This document shows positions 30,565 to 42,819 of a DNA stretch of 64,000 nt, in pieces. Each line of letters opens with the position of its first letter. The stretch's first letter is position 1. The position numbers were made by a program, and so were the translations under genes. The notes under the pieces are model-generated. The model made no database searches, was not told the DNA's origin, and was given only the letters and a program-made list of their open reading frames with translations. The stretch spans positions 248,001 to 312,000 of the forward strand of contig RSEE01000045.1 of the NCBI GenBank assembly GCA_003971905.1, written 5' to 3'. The stretch comes from Moniliella sp. 'wahieum' (Eukaryota).

Positions 30565-31999
30565 ATGCGCCGCTCGAGCGCCCGGAGACGGCCGGCCACG
30601 CCCCGCGCCAGGCGCACCACCGCCACCGCCATGCCGCCCGCCCCTCGGCCTGGCCGGCCTCGTGCTGCTCAGCGTCGCCGCAGCGCCCTCGTTTTCTCCT
30701 CCGCCCTCAACGGGCCCTGGCAGGAGTCCGAGTTCATCACCATGATGGGCCCCGTCCCACATCGCCGCTTCCTCGACCTGCCCCCCACGGCCGGCACCTG
30801 GGCCTCCTTTGTCGGCCCGCTCGGCGCCCAGAGCCCTGTCCAGCGCACCGGGGACGCCGCCGTGGACTTTTTCTGGTCCATTCTTGTTGTCTTTCGCAAC
30901 ATGTTCCGCACCCGTCTCGCCCGCGGGGAGATGATGTTGCTGACGGTGGCTGCTGCCCCCGTCGTGACGTCAATCTTTGTCGACGCATGCGCGACAGCAG
31001 TGCCACGCTCGCCGCCGTCTTGGTCGGCACCCTGGTCCTCTCCCTGGGCCAAGTCATCACCATTGGCGCTGCACTGACCCTGTTCTACGTGCCGTACTAT
31101 GCGTGGCAGCGGGTGCGCCAAGTGCGCTCGGACCCCAAGCCATCTATCCCTCGCCGCCGCACCATCGGTTTCGCTCCTGTGGCTCCGTCTCGTGCTTCTG
31201 GCCGTAGCCGGCATCACATTTAGTACCACATTTATCAATGTGGCCCGCACAGAATGGGTGTGGACCAACATACTGTTCCAGTTCTACCCGCTTGCCTTCC
31301 CCCTCGCACTCTGGCCTTGGCTTCGCACCCGCCTCGGCCCGGCCGGAGCCAAGGTGACCAACACCACCCCGACCGTGACGGCAGTGTGATTGTGTTTGCG
31401 AACCGGCAGGCCGCCTTGTACCAAGGCATCTCGCTCCTGTTGTGGTAGGGTACTGGTTCAGTCTTGCGCTGTTGTACCCGGTTGCAAAATCGTTCTGCCT
31501 CCCTCTTCACGGGCTACCGGACGTACTGAACGCGCCGGCTCGTCGCGGACCCGCGCCAGTTACCTCTCTCGTGTCCACACCCTTGTCAAGACGGGGGCGT
31601 GGTCAACGAGGCGAGTGGTTGCTGGCGTTTGACATTTTTGGCATTGTCACGGCGCAGTACCTCCTGGTCCTCATCGATGCCTACATCGACGACTGGCACC
31701 ACTCGCTTCGGAACAAGGGACAACGGATCCACGCGCCTCGCTTTGTAGCGGAAGATGTACGTCCGGCACCCCTCTCCCTGCCTTTGAGCTCAGCACCAGA
31801 GGCCAACGAAGTACTAACCCCTGTGTCGATTAGCTGTTGGTGGGACTACCGGCCATCGCTCTGCTCGGCCCGGGCGTGGCCTACGCGCGCTACCTCCAGC
31901 GCAGGGAAACCGAGGCTGAGAAGGCACGCTTCCAGCTCCTCTCGGGCGCAAGTAAGGAAGAATAAAAAAGCAAGCGCATCCCCCGCATCACGGTACTAA
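30565..31999 (+). CDS. Multi-pass membrane protein, possibly of the CtvD/AurD/AscI/AtmA-like family
   Basis: Several hydrophobic helices across frames, with RTGDAAVDFFWSILVVF, LGQVITIGAALTLFY, ILFQFYPL, WLLAFDIFG, LGPG. The family call is from remembered motif resemblance only. Confidence 0.5.
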
Positions 32000-32280
32000 C
32001 CCTCTCCCTCGGCTACATCGATGCACACTGAAGGCTCATGGCTCATGCATCGTGTCGCCCCTTGCCAAATTACGAACTCAATTCAAACAGCCCGCGCACC
32101 CCTCGTAGAGCACCGAGGGACATGCAGCATCCTGGTTCAGGCAGGAATCCCGCCCAAGTCAGTCTGATGGACTGTAAGTGGATAGGTGTGCAAGGCACTG
32201 AACTAGAGCAGCGCAGCCGAGTGCAATTTGTATATAGATGGATGAAAGGTGCGTGCATAACCAAACGCAAACGAATGAAA

Positions 32281-34439
32281 CTAGGGCATAGGGGGACGTG
32301 GGACACTGGGTGGAAAACAATACGGTCGACTTGTATTGCTGCGGTCGAGGGGGGGCGACGGAAGTTTCCCTTGCAAATCAACGGTACCTTGAGGGAGAAG
32401 CGGCGTCGCGCATACTCTCCCAGCTGGGGAGTGGAGCGGGTGTGGTTCAATGTGGGTGTCTGCTCTGTCAGGCAGCACGGGCGGGTCGGTACCCAAGCAC
32501 ATGCTGCCTTTCGCATCCGTACGAATCGAGGGAGGGGGGCGAGGTCGGGCACGGGCTCGCGGACTTCGAAAGTCTTCAGGACGAAAGGTGGGTACGGTAA
32601 GTGGCATGGTAGAGATGGGCATGCCCTTCCTTTCGGATCCGGCGGCGGCGAAGCGGCTGCGGGTCGGGTGAGTCATACGGATCGTACGGATGGTACGGGT
32701 CGCTGGAACGAGGCGTGTCGATGAGGGAGGCGCGCCGTAAGGGGCACGGGGAGGGGTCAAGCTCAGGCCCAGCTTGGTCGACAGAGGTAGGGGCAGGGTG
32801 TGAGGAGTAATAGGAACCGGCGTGGTGCGAGTTGAATTGCTGCTGGTGCTGATCCGGTTGGGACGCGGGAGCTGCGTGGTTCGCGACTCAACCGAAACGG
32901 GCGAATCGGGTTTGTGGACAGATGAGACTCGGTGCGAGGTACACAGGACGACAAGCCTTCGTCCTTGGATGCCAACTCAGTGTCCGCGCCAGAGCCCAGC
33001 TCAGGCTGATGGGACAAGGTCTGCCCCTGAAACGGCGAGTAGCTCATTGGCATACCAGAAAAGTGGGTCGCCGCACGGCCCCTCTTCTCCTGGCCTTCTT
33101 TCCTGGCATCCACTGGATCCGGAAGAGGTTTGAACCAATACAATGGTGGTACCGAGCAATCTTTGTCTGAAGTGCTCTGCGGTGTGCTGGACAACTCCTC
33201 TCCCTACCTGGAGACTGGAAGAAGGGAAAAAGAGGGGGTCGGAGGATGGATCCACCGAGTGGTCGTCGATAGAAGGTGGCCCGACCAACGAAGGAAGGAC
33301 AGGGCAAGGAAGCTTGTCGAACCGGCGTTTTTGGCCGACGGAAGAAGAACGCATGCGCTGATCCCTCTGGGGGGACAAGGTGGCACTCGTTACATTGTGC
33401 GAAAGATGACGCATGTCATCTGGGGAAGATACCACAGAGGTCTGGGACCCTATTGTGCTTGCATGAGCCCGATTGATTAGATCCACGTTCTGGTACGAAG
33501 GTGGTTCTGGGGCAAGACCACTATCCTCATAAGTACTTGATTGCTGCTGTGCCTGTTCCTCTCCATCGTCCTCCAACGATCCGCGGTACGAATGACGTGG
33601 CGACCCTGTCATCGAAGATGCGCGGGTACGCATGCCGGAATGCAAGGCCGGCACTCCTTCCTCCTCCATTTCCATGTTGGTGCTTTGCGCCTGAAAAGAA
33701 GTTGGGAAAACGCCGTGGGGTCTTCAACCTCGGTACTGGCCGCAAGCGCATCCACTCTTTTCTTCTGTTGGAGCGCCTTCTCCGATTCGAGCCTAGCAAG
33801 CCAGGACTTGGCATAACGCAAGTGACCGCGGTAGTTCATCACCCCTTTAGCGCATCCACGGACCACGCCGTCAGAGTCAATGATGAATGTTACGCGTTCT
33901 TCATCAAAGCAAGTGATAGTAGCGGAGGAGGGGGTTAATAGCTGGAAGGCAAGAGACAAATGAAATGGAGATGAAGAGAGAAGGAGAAAGAGCGCGTACT
34001 GTTCACCATTCCGAACAAATGGGTTCCAACGTTCCATTCTTGGTGCACTGTGCGTTCAACGTCGGACAAAACGGGGTAGGTCAAGTTGTGCTGCTCCAAA
34101 TTTGCGTAGCCGGTCCGGTGAGTCTTGAGAGAGACCAATAATGGTAGGACTCACTGAGAAAGCGGATGGAGCCTGCTCTTGAACAGAGCGAAAGGCACAT
34201 GCTTCCTTGACGCAGAACGGGCTACCAGAGAGGGGGAAAATAAAGAGACAGACGGGACCGTGAGCTAGGTAGTCATACAGACGGTGCAACCGTCCTTGGT
34301 GGTCGGGCAAGATAAAGTCGGGAGCGAGCTGGCCAATGAGTTGGACAGACGGTGTGCTGACGGGCAAGGAGACGAGGGTGGTCATTTTGATCGTCACGCC
34401 GTTCTCCTTGAGCAGGGGGAAATGTTTGATGCGGCGCAT
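32281..34439 (-). CDS. Peroxiredoxin Q/BCP (Dot5-like) domain followed by a long low-complexity C-terminal extension
   Basis: GQLAPDFILPDHQG, CLFIFPLSGSPFCVKEACAFR, IIGLSQDSP, LTYPVLSD, ERVTFIIDSDGVVR. Coding-like S/P-rich minus frames continue to ~32281. Confidence 0.8.
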
Positions 34440-35973
34440 GATGGGGTAACTGTGTATGGGTGAACAAGAATGGACGAGTTCACTCAGAGTGGCTGGGGGA
34501 GGTGGTAGTGGTGGTGGTAGACGCGGAAACACCGGAAGAAGGTGGCGGCGCAAAAGGGTCACTGCGCCAAAATGTTCTCTTGTTGTCATATCTCCAGGGA
34601 GGAGTGATAATATTCTGCCGTTTGCTGCCTTCAACTTGGGCCTAAAAGAAGTATTGGGGCACGCAGGACCATGCAGGTACCGAAGCAAACCATGCAGATG
34701 GTACTGCAGGACACGCGCACGATGCGCGCATCAATACTCATCAGTAGTACTGTTAGTCACTCCAGTCAGTCACCTAGCCGCCCGCTACTGTCACCACGGC
34801 AGGTACACTCGGGCATATCACATGTGACTAGTGACTCGTGATTAGTGACCATAGACAGTGTGCATCAATCTGTGCTCATATTCATACCCTGTCTTCCCTA
34901 CAGCGAGCAACCGTTCGCCCTGTGAGCTCAGGATTCACCGCACATTCGGGCTGCCGGTCAGCGCTCTCATCGGGTCAGGCTCAGCTCAGCCTCAGCGCTT
35001 ACCTTTTCCCCGATGAATACAGCAGGAAGTTTGAAGGCCTTGCGGCCGAGAGGTCGAGTGGATGAGCCGATGTCCATGATGGATGCGACGTGGGAGCATG
35101 GAAAAGTCTGCTATTCGGCTGTCAAACTTGGATATCACATTGCACACCCTGGTCCATATCCTCTGTCAGGAAAATATGAGTATTGGCTTACTGACTGCTG
35201 TAACTCGTGTACTGAATCCTCTTCAGACTGAGTGTATAACAAGGGTGTGGTACTTTTGTCACCGAAGCTGGAAGTGGCCTGTGTGCTCTCCGTTGTGATA
35301 CCAAAGATAGTCAAGAACCAATCGAACGCCCCTTCCATCGTCACAAAACACGTACGTTGTCATCCCCCTGTGGACTGGGTTAGTGGGCCCGCATCTGGAT
35401 AGTAAGTGTTGGGATTTGCACGCTACTGTTGTGGCGTGCGCCATGCAGATAGCTGGTTTATATATAGGGACTACTCCGTGGCCGCAGGCCAACAAGAAAA
35501 GGATAGTAAATGAATAAGACTTTTATATATAGACTGTGAGCACAAAATAACTTGTCTCTCTGTGCTGCGCGCGCACACCAACGATCATCCTCTGCTCCTC
35601 AGCGCCTGCATCCCACCTCTCATTACTCATCGATCTCACCGGCACAACTCAGATCACAGATCTCAACCCCGCTCGACTCTTCTCTCCACTGTTACAAGTT
35701 CGCTCTCTCTCCTTTTTTGGCGACTGTAGTAAAATATTATCGATCACCTCCTGTCACATGCATGTGGCACATGTAAGTCGCCTAGCCACCGGACCGGCCA
35801 CCCCTTTCTACAACCAGCATCTCTCGCAGAGTGACTAATAGTGATCGCTGTGCGCCGCACGATGAAACACATCTAGCACCACAGGGGGTCAACGAGTCAT
35901 TGCACTAGAGTATAGCACAGCGTCACTATATTCACTCGCGTCACTAGTAATCACATTAATCACTATTGTGACT

Positions 35974-36029
35974 CAGTACTCAGGTACTCACTGGTACTCA
36001 CTCAGTACTCAGTCTGAGTACTCTTACTC
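35974..36029. repeat. Degenerate GTACTCA tandem array ending in a 9-bp inverted repeat
   Basis: cagtactcaggtactcactggtactcactcagtactcagtctgagtactc; AGTACTCAG-t-CTGAGTACT at 36004-36022. Confidence 0.8.
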
Positions 36030-37157
36030 GCGGCCGTCTCGCTTCGTCACCGGCTTTTTCCCAGGCAGGGAAGATCCTCAGATCTCCGAACCTAACAAAG
36101 ACACAGAGGCGGAGGAGTAGCAGAAGCTAAGTAGGTCCCAAAAGCACAGCGATTGCATTAGAAGAAAAGGCAGGTATAATATAAGGCGTAAGAAAGGGTG
36201 ATGTGTCAGTATATGCACACTAGATAGGGTGTGAGTTATGCTTACGCATGATGTTATAGTGATGAGCCGCTGAGCAAGCAGTCGATGTAGTGACTAGTGA
36301 CGACCCAATGCCTACTACGCTGCCGACGCATAGTATATGCCATGCAGTTTCGAAACCGTAATGTGCCTGTGACATGTGACCAGAAAGTACACGCCCTCAG
36401 TATCATACCCATCTTCGTCGCCGTTGTGCGTCCAGCTAGCAGAGAGAGAAGAGAGAGAGACAGTAGGCTGTGGCGGCGATAACTAATCTCGGTCCACATA
36501 TGCCAGCCGTAAGCGCGTAAGCAGCCTCCCCACGCTGACCCTCATAATGTACCACCAGTGGAAACCATGAGGGTCTAAAATCTCTACCAACATCGATACA
36601 CTAGCACTGTACTGTAGCGGTGAACATCTGTGTCGTTTTTCATCGCTTTCATCATTTTCATCGAGTTCATCCATCGTTTGTACCAACAGTTTTTGTTAGG
36701 GCGTGTCATGTGGCCGGGGTTTGCCTCACATTGCGCTACCCCAACTTCAAAAAACACGTCGCACAAACACGGTCGTAAGTACCATACTTCAGTACGTTGC
36801 GTAACGCGGAACGGGCCTACCCCTAGTCTCGGTTGTGTGGGCACTGATGAGATCTGAGACCTGGAGTCCTGATCATGTGCCAGGTCCTCGAGGGAATATA
36901 TGCATTCGCACTGGTCCTTGTGGTGGCCAAAGCCAGCCAGCAACGCCTACAGAGGAACATAGAGCAGCCAGTCGCCACCAGGGGCTGGACTGTGGTCGGA
37001 GCAATAAGGAAAACAGGAGGACGAAAACGACCGAACTCCTTGTCTGAGGAGGGACTGAGGGCCAAAAAACACACCAGCCACCCGCGGTGTGGCTCAACAG
37101 GTACGCTTCAAGCTTCACGAACAGCCTCGGTGTGCGGTCTACTACTAGTACTATAGT

Positions 37158-37245
37158 CCTCTATCTCCTCTCTCCCTCTCTCTCCTCTCTCTCCTCTCTC
37201 TCCTCCTCTCCTTCTCTCCTCTATCTCCTCTCTCTCCTCTCTCTC
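37158..37245. repeat. Polypyrimidine (CT/CCT) microsatellite
   Basis: ctctatctcctctctccctctctctcctctctctcctctctctcctcctctccc... almost pure C/T on the plus strand. Confidence 0.9.
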
Positions 37246-37320
37246 GGGGATGCCGAACGGTCCGTCTTGCCGACAGACTGTCATGGTGACCGGGGCTGGT
37301 CCCCTGCCGCTCTCGCTGGA

Positions 37321-37389
37321 TGAAGCTTGAAGCTTGAAGCTTGAAGCTTGAAGCTTGAAGCTTGAAGCTTGAAGCTTGAAGCATGAAGG
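37321..37389. repeat. (TGAAGCT)8 perfect heptamer array plus two degenerate units
   Basis: Read directly: tgaagct x8 (37321-37376), then tgaagca, tgaagg. Confidence 0.95.
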
Positions 37390-37956
37390 GACATATAGTA
37401 ACCGGACTCCAGGTCTGGCAGCACCAGCAGCGCAGTCCTCCTCTATATACAACGGGGTTCAACTCGCCCTTCCGTTCATGTGACATGTGGCAGGAGCCTA
37501 GTGTCGTACATTGTGCTGTTAGTCTGCCGTTCTTGCTGTCATGTTCTCTTCTTCTCCCCCACCTTCCACTTCCCGCTATTCTGGCCTCACCCGGAGCCTG
37601 CAATCGATGTCACTCGTTATCTGGCGATTCCTCTTGCGTCTGATCTTTCGCTGGCTGGTATCGATACTTCGCCAGAACCGGGTCAGGGGGTCTCATCATG
37701 CATCATGCGTCACGACGGTGAAACGACATGAGTGTCATTGACTCCATAAGTGGGGAAACATCAGAGGGAAGAACAAGGGTAGTAAACAGAGAAAAAAATG
37801 GACCAACAAAGCCACCCCGGCCCAGAGACGAGAAAAACGTCAGTACCAACTACACGCCTCTGCTCTCACAACGACGCAGGTTCAGGTGCAGTAGCCGGGT
37901 GCGGCAGGCCAGGCGCCGACGCAAACTACGACGAAAATCCCAAAATCCAAAAGAGG

Positions 37957-40892
37957 TTAGTTGATCGTTCCTAGTTCTCACACCAGAAGGGGAGCACGAG
38001 GGAGGTGTGGGGGGGAGGGACGTACCGTCTCTTCGACCAGAGCGCAATGTTTCGTTCCAGCAGCCAGGTCCATCAGGTAACACAGTACCAACGTATCTGC
38101 CGTATCGGTGAGCAGACCGGTTAAGGCCGTGCCAACCAACAAAGGCGGCACCGCACACACTGCCGCCGTGACAAGCGCATGGCCACCCGGTTCGTCTCGT
38201 ACCACCGCCACATAGCTCGCGCACACACCGCGCAACCAGTACTGTTACACTATACGTCACGCCCCGCCCCAAGCGGCAACACACGCGCCGCGTGCACAGG
38301 CGCCCGCGGTCGCCCTACGCCCTCAGCCGGTACTGAGCTTCGTAGTGCCGCCGCACGGTGCGAGGCCGTTCCCATAGGTGCACCAGTGATGCCCGTGTAG
38401 AGAATGGCATTGGACGCATGTTCCTCCACCACCGCTTCCACCCCCGATGAGCGAGGCGAGGTAGGCCAACGGATCCAACAGACGTGCCACCCCGCCCAAC
38501 AGCCGACTGAGTAGGCCTCCCCCAACCATCATCGATGCGCCAGCGCCAGGCGGGAGCGCGGCTTGGCCAGCGGTAGCGGCGAGGCGCACCAAGGCCACAT
38601 GGTGCATCCACGATACCCCCTGCACAAATGCGCGAGCAAACAGGATCAGGATCCGGGCCAAGCCCAACGCGGTGCGCAAGAGCGACGAGGCCATCACACT
38701 TCCCAACGCAGGACCCAGCGCACGACGAAGGCCATGCGAAACCATGGTCCCCCTCGGCCACTGCGCCCACCGCTCCCTCTTCTTCGTCTTCATCTTCGTC
38801 CTCGCGATCGGGATCAGTCGACATGCCCGACGAGGACCCGGTCAAGCTCGCTTCCGACTCCGACTCGCTCGACGCTTGCCTCGGCTCCGACGAGGAGGAA
38901 GAGTAGAAGTACCAATGGCTCACTGCCGCTGACGTGGTGAGTTTCAGCACATTGAGTCCTGTTGATGTCACCCATCCCCAGGCAAGCAGGAGGGCAAGGC
39001 TGAGTGGGAGCGGGCGAGCCCCAACGGACCCGCGGGCACCGGGGGAGGTTTAGGTCGCTTGCCAGGGCCAGGGCGTGGTAGTGCGCGAGAGGCAGCTACC
39101 GCGGCCAGACGAGTGAGAAGGACGAGGCAAAAGACAGCGAGAGCCACGAGGGCGAGGCTGGTGACACACGCTACGAACGCAAGTGAAGCATGGGTCCTGA
39201 CCACGTGAGCGGCCAAGATCGCCGTCCGACTTGCCTGCGGTAGCTTCTTACGTTCGGCCCAGACCCTTGACCCCGTTCGTACCGCCGCTGCAGCACAGAG
39301 CCCAGCACAGAGCGGCAAAAGCCAAGAAAAGGGCGTGGAGGGGAAAAGGATCCGCCCAGCAGGGCGATCGAAGCGGCCGCCAGGGCAAATGGGACAGTTG
39401 CACTCATCACTCGAAACAGGGCAAGGATGGTGGCGAATTTGCGGGAGCGACGAATCGAGGTGTGGGTTCTAGCAAGACGCTGGAACACCGAGAAAAGAAG
39501 ACGCCCATCCCGCCTGCCAGCACTCGACAGCGCTAGCAGCGGTGCCGTTCGCAACATAGCATCGTGCAATGGTTCCTTCCCACCTCCGAGACCCGGTACC
39601 GCAGGGAGTGAGGGTGCCTCCCATGCTCCCACAGCCAAGTACCAACACAGGAAATACAAAGAGCACAAACAGGATCAACGCCCAAAGATCATGCCTCTCC
39701 CGCAACCACGTCGCTGCCGCTGGACTCGCGCCTGAGCAAGGCCGGGAGGGGATGTCGGGTAGGATCCAGCGGTGCACGTCGGGTCCCTGAGCGGGGGTGT
39801 GCACGAGAAGGAGCAGCCGGGCTGCCTATGAAGCTGCCGGTCGTGCTGCGCAGCATGGGGATACTCTTGGCCCGCGTGGTGCGAATCGTCCTTTCGTCGG
39901 GGCGGCGAACCAAACAGCGCACGGAAAAACGTAGAATGAGGACCCGTATCGGACCGACGCTTGCTCCGCCGCGGCACAGTCTCTGTTGCATCGGACTGCT
40001 CACTTGTCTCCTCTTCACTCTGTGTGGGCCCAGCAAACCGCGAGGGCGGGGCCCCTGATTTGGACGGAGGCGCTTTGCCCTGAACCACCGGCGGAGGAAT
40101 GGGAATGGCGATACTAGGTTGCAAGCCTAGGACCTGCTCGTCGTATACATCCTGTTGCAGAAATGCGCTGCTGGTGGACAAGGAGGTGGGGGGCGCGGGG
40201 GGGCAAGGTACGAGCCACGAACTTGGGCTTTGTGCATCCGCAGAGGGTTGCCCCATCGCCCGCCAAACGATGCCGAGGGCGTCGAGTCGTAGAACGATCC
40301 ACTGCTCTCGGTGGCCACGTGGGAGGGGTTGGTCCGGCCGGGGGTCGGAGGCGGTGCTGATGCTGATGGTGGTGGTGTTGGTGCTGATGCTGGTGTGGGC
40401 GCGGGTGGCGCTGGAGCCCACAGGGCTGGCCGTGCCGGCACTCTCGTCGCCCGAGTAGGACGCAGACGAATATTCTTCGACAGAGTGCATCTGTGCTGCA
40501 TTCTGCAGGCGCAAGATGGAGCGGTGGGCGTCCTGGGCAGCCTGGGTGCGGGGGGAGGGGGGGCGCGGGGCATCAAGAAAGGGGGAGGAGAGGGCGGGTC
40601 GAGGGTGGGCATGCCGGCGCGCACGCGGGCAGGGTGGAGGCGGGGCGGAGGCGGGGCGTGGATCGGGGGGTCGTGGGGGTGTCGAGGAAGGGGTCGAGGA
40701 GATCGCCATCGTCGGCATCGGGGTGGGGGCGGCGGGAGCGGCGGGGGCAGGGAGGGTGGTGGCGGCGGCGGGGGGGGCAGAGGGGTCGTCGGGGTCGTCG
40801 GGGTCGGTTTCGGGGTCGGTGTCGGGGGCGAGGCGGAAGGGGTGGAAGAGGGGCGCGGTGGCGGCGGGGTCTGGGCGGCCAAAGGGCAGCAT
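37957..40892 (-). CDS. Choline transporter-like (CTL/SLC44/PNS1 family) membrane protein with a long disordered N-terminus
   Basis: TM segments; VLKLTTSAAVSHWYF, ALGSVMASSLL, SNAILYTGITG, LLTDTADTLVLCYLMD. Terminal intron ~37971-38025. Confidence 0.75.
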
Positions 40893-41346
40893 GGTGGTGG
40901 GGGCGCGCGTCAGGGGGCGGGGAGGGGCTGGGGGGTGCTGGAGGGGCCGAGGGGCGGTTGATTAATGAGTAGGGTTGATCGAGATAAGCTGCGTGCTGGA
41001 GGCTTACGTCAGCATCATCATGCATCGCACTCGCTTGGGTGCGTGTCCCCGCAGCGCCAGTGGCGCACCTGCACCCGCTTCACCGGTCGCATCCCCGCAG
41101 CGCAGCTCAGCCAGCTGATTACATCTGCCCGTGCCGACCCTCGCCATCGACCTCAGCGCACCAGGCACACCACACGCGCCCTCGACGGATCCATGCCTCC
41201 CTTGAAATTCCATCCAACTCCCCCCCAGCGCAGACGAGTAGGATTTCGCATAATTGTTTGTAATGTACTGGCAGGTGGTAGCGGCGACATGGTGCAGAGA
41301 CAGAAAAGAGGGCAAAACGAGACTAGGGCGCATTCTGATAACGACA

Positions 41347-42276
41347 TCAGGCCTCAGGAGAAGGCGAAGCGGCAGGTTCGTCCTCCAAGCTAACAAACTC
41401 TTTGACCAAGCTCGTGTTGAGGAACTGGGCCATCTTGGGCTGCACAAACAGCCCCGTAGCCTCGGCCAAGATGGTGCCATCGATCGTCCGCATCGTCGCA
41501 GTGACTGTCGCTTTGCGGCCCTTGGCTTGCTGGATGTGGTCTGAAGCACAATGTTCTGATTGGCAAACGTAGGCGAGCGGTAATTGACCTCGAGCTTGGC
41601 CGTCACGCCAACGTGGGCGGGAAGAACATGGAAGGCTGATCGGGCCATGTTCTCATCAAACAAGGTCGCGATCAGACCACCATGGACCACACCATCGTGT
41701 CCACACAGCGAGCGACCCACATGCAACAGCACCGTCGTGTCGCCAGCATGGCCGCCCTCCACGGCCGCCCCTGCGCCGTCTTGGTGAGCACAATGGGCGG
41801 TGCCAGAGACCCGGCCGCGCAAGGTGCCGGCAGTGAGGTTGTGCTGCCGCCTTTCCTCGGGGTAATTTTCATACGGCCGACTGAGACGGTAGTGGGCAGA
41901 GGGAGACCGATCGGACGGTTCAGCGCTTTCGGACACAATCACATCTCCGTTTGCGTCACGCTGCTCGGGCACCGACACGCGGTGCGCAACTCTTGCACCA
42001 GCTCGAGGGCGTGGAGATCGACTCGACCTGGCGGGTCAGAGCTTTTCCCTCTTCCGACTCGGCGTCGGGGCGGGGTGGTGCGAGGCGTGGGGACGCGAGA
42101 AGCGCAAGACTGGGGGGGTAGAGGGCGCCGCCGGCGTACCCGAGACCCAGGGCACCAAGGACGAGGAGAGTGGAGCGGACAGGTCGCTTGGGGCGGGCGG
42201 AGGTGGAGGAGGCATGGGTAGAGAGGTGGGCGCGGGCGGCCGAGAAAAGGATTGTTGGGCGCGAAAGCGGGCGCAT
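41347..42276 (-). CDS. Hotdog-fold acyl-CoA thioesterase (THEM4/Fmp10-like), probably mitochondrial
   Basis: Arg/Ser-rich presequence plus TM; HNLTAGTLRG, HVGRSLCGHDGVVHGGLIATLFDE, GVTAKLEVNYRSPT. Confidence 0.88.
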
Positions 42277-42819
42277 GGAGCAGTGTGGTGGGGGCGGGGT
42301 ACGGTGGGGAGGGAGGGGCGGGAAACGCGAGAGAGGGCGCGGCGGGAAGATGGGGTTGGAGGCACTGATGGTCCGCTGAACGTGGCGGCGGCAGTGCGCG
42401 GAAACCGGGGAGCCTGGCACCGGCATGAGGCGTGACGGTGAGGCTTGCTTGGCGTGAGGCTTGCTTGATGCGCTTGATCGATGCGGCTGCCGCGGCTGCT
42501 GCAGTGCACCAGCACACTCTAAGCTGCGACACGCGCCCACCTGTATGCACGGGGGGATCGCATTTCACTTTCCCTTTCACACTCCTGGGCCGGCCCTTGC
42601 ATCGGGGTTGCGAGGCTGCGGCCTCGGAGGATCAGCGCTGAGGCTCGATCAGCGGCCGCGCCAATCTCCGTGCTGTTGCACCGAGCAGGACGCTGAGCTA
42701 AGCACGCGTGCGATGCGGTTGCGCGCAGCCGTTGGCGTTTCCAGCGGCCACTGCCCCTTGCAGCCAAACCAACAGCAGCTGTCCGCGGCCTCGGACGCCG
42801 CACCACCACCGCCACCGCC

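Larger units (their letters stand above)
34650..37900. other. Gene-free, compositionally distinct island (possible decayed repeat/TE relic)
   Basis: Visibly more A/T-rich than the flanks, dense in GTGAC/GTCAC, AGTACT and ACTAGT words, with short arrays. No recognisable protein family. Confidence 0.5.

Noticed and set aside
34993..35363. Minus frame MTTYVFCDDG...YLWYHNGEH... interrupted only by TGA stops (recoding or CGA->TGA decay)
   Set aside because: A few stops in ~125 codons is compatible with chance and no family is recognisable.
36480..37290. Cys-containing minus frames (CRRCW, CATCF, YLRPCLCD) as a transposase or zinc-finger relic
   Set aside because: No DDE, RT, integrase or defined zinc-finger spacing identified; competing frames look equally plausible.
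37321..37389. CRISPR array or telomeric repeat
   Set aside because: No spacers, eukaryotic context, and the unit does not resemble TTAGGG-type telomere repeats.
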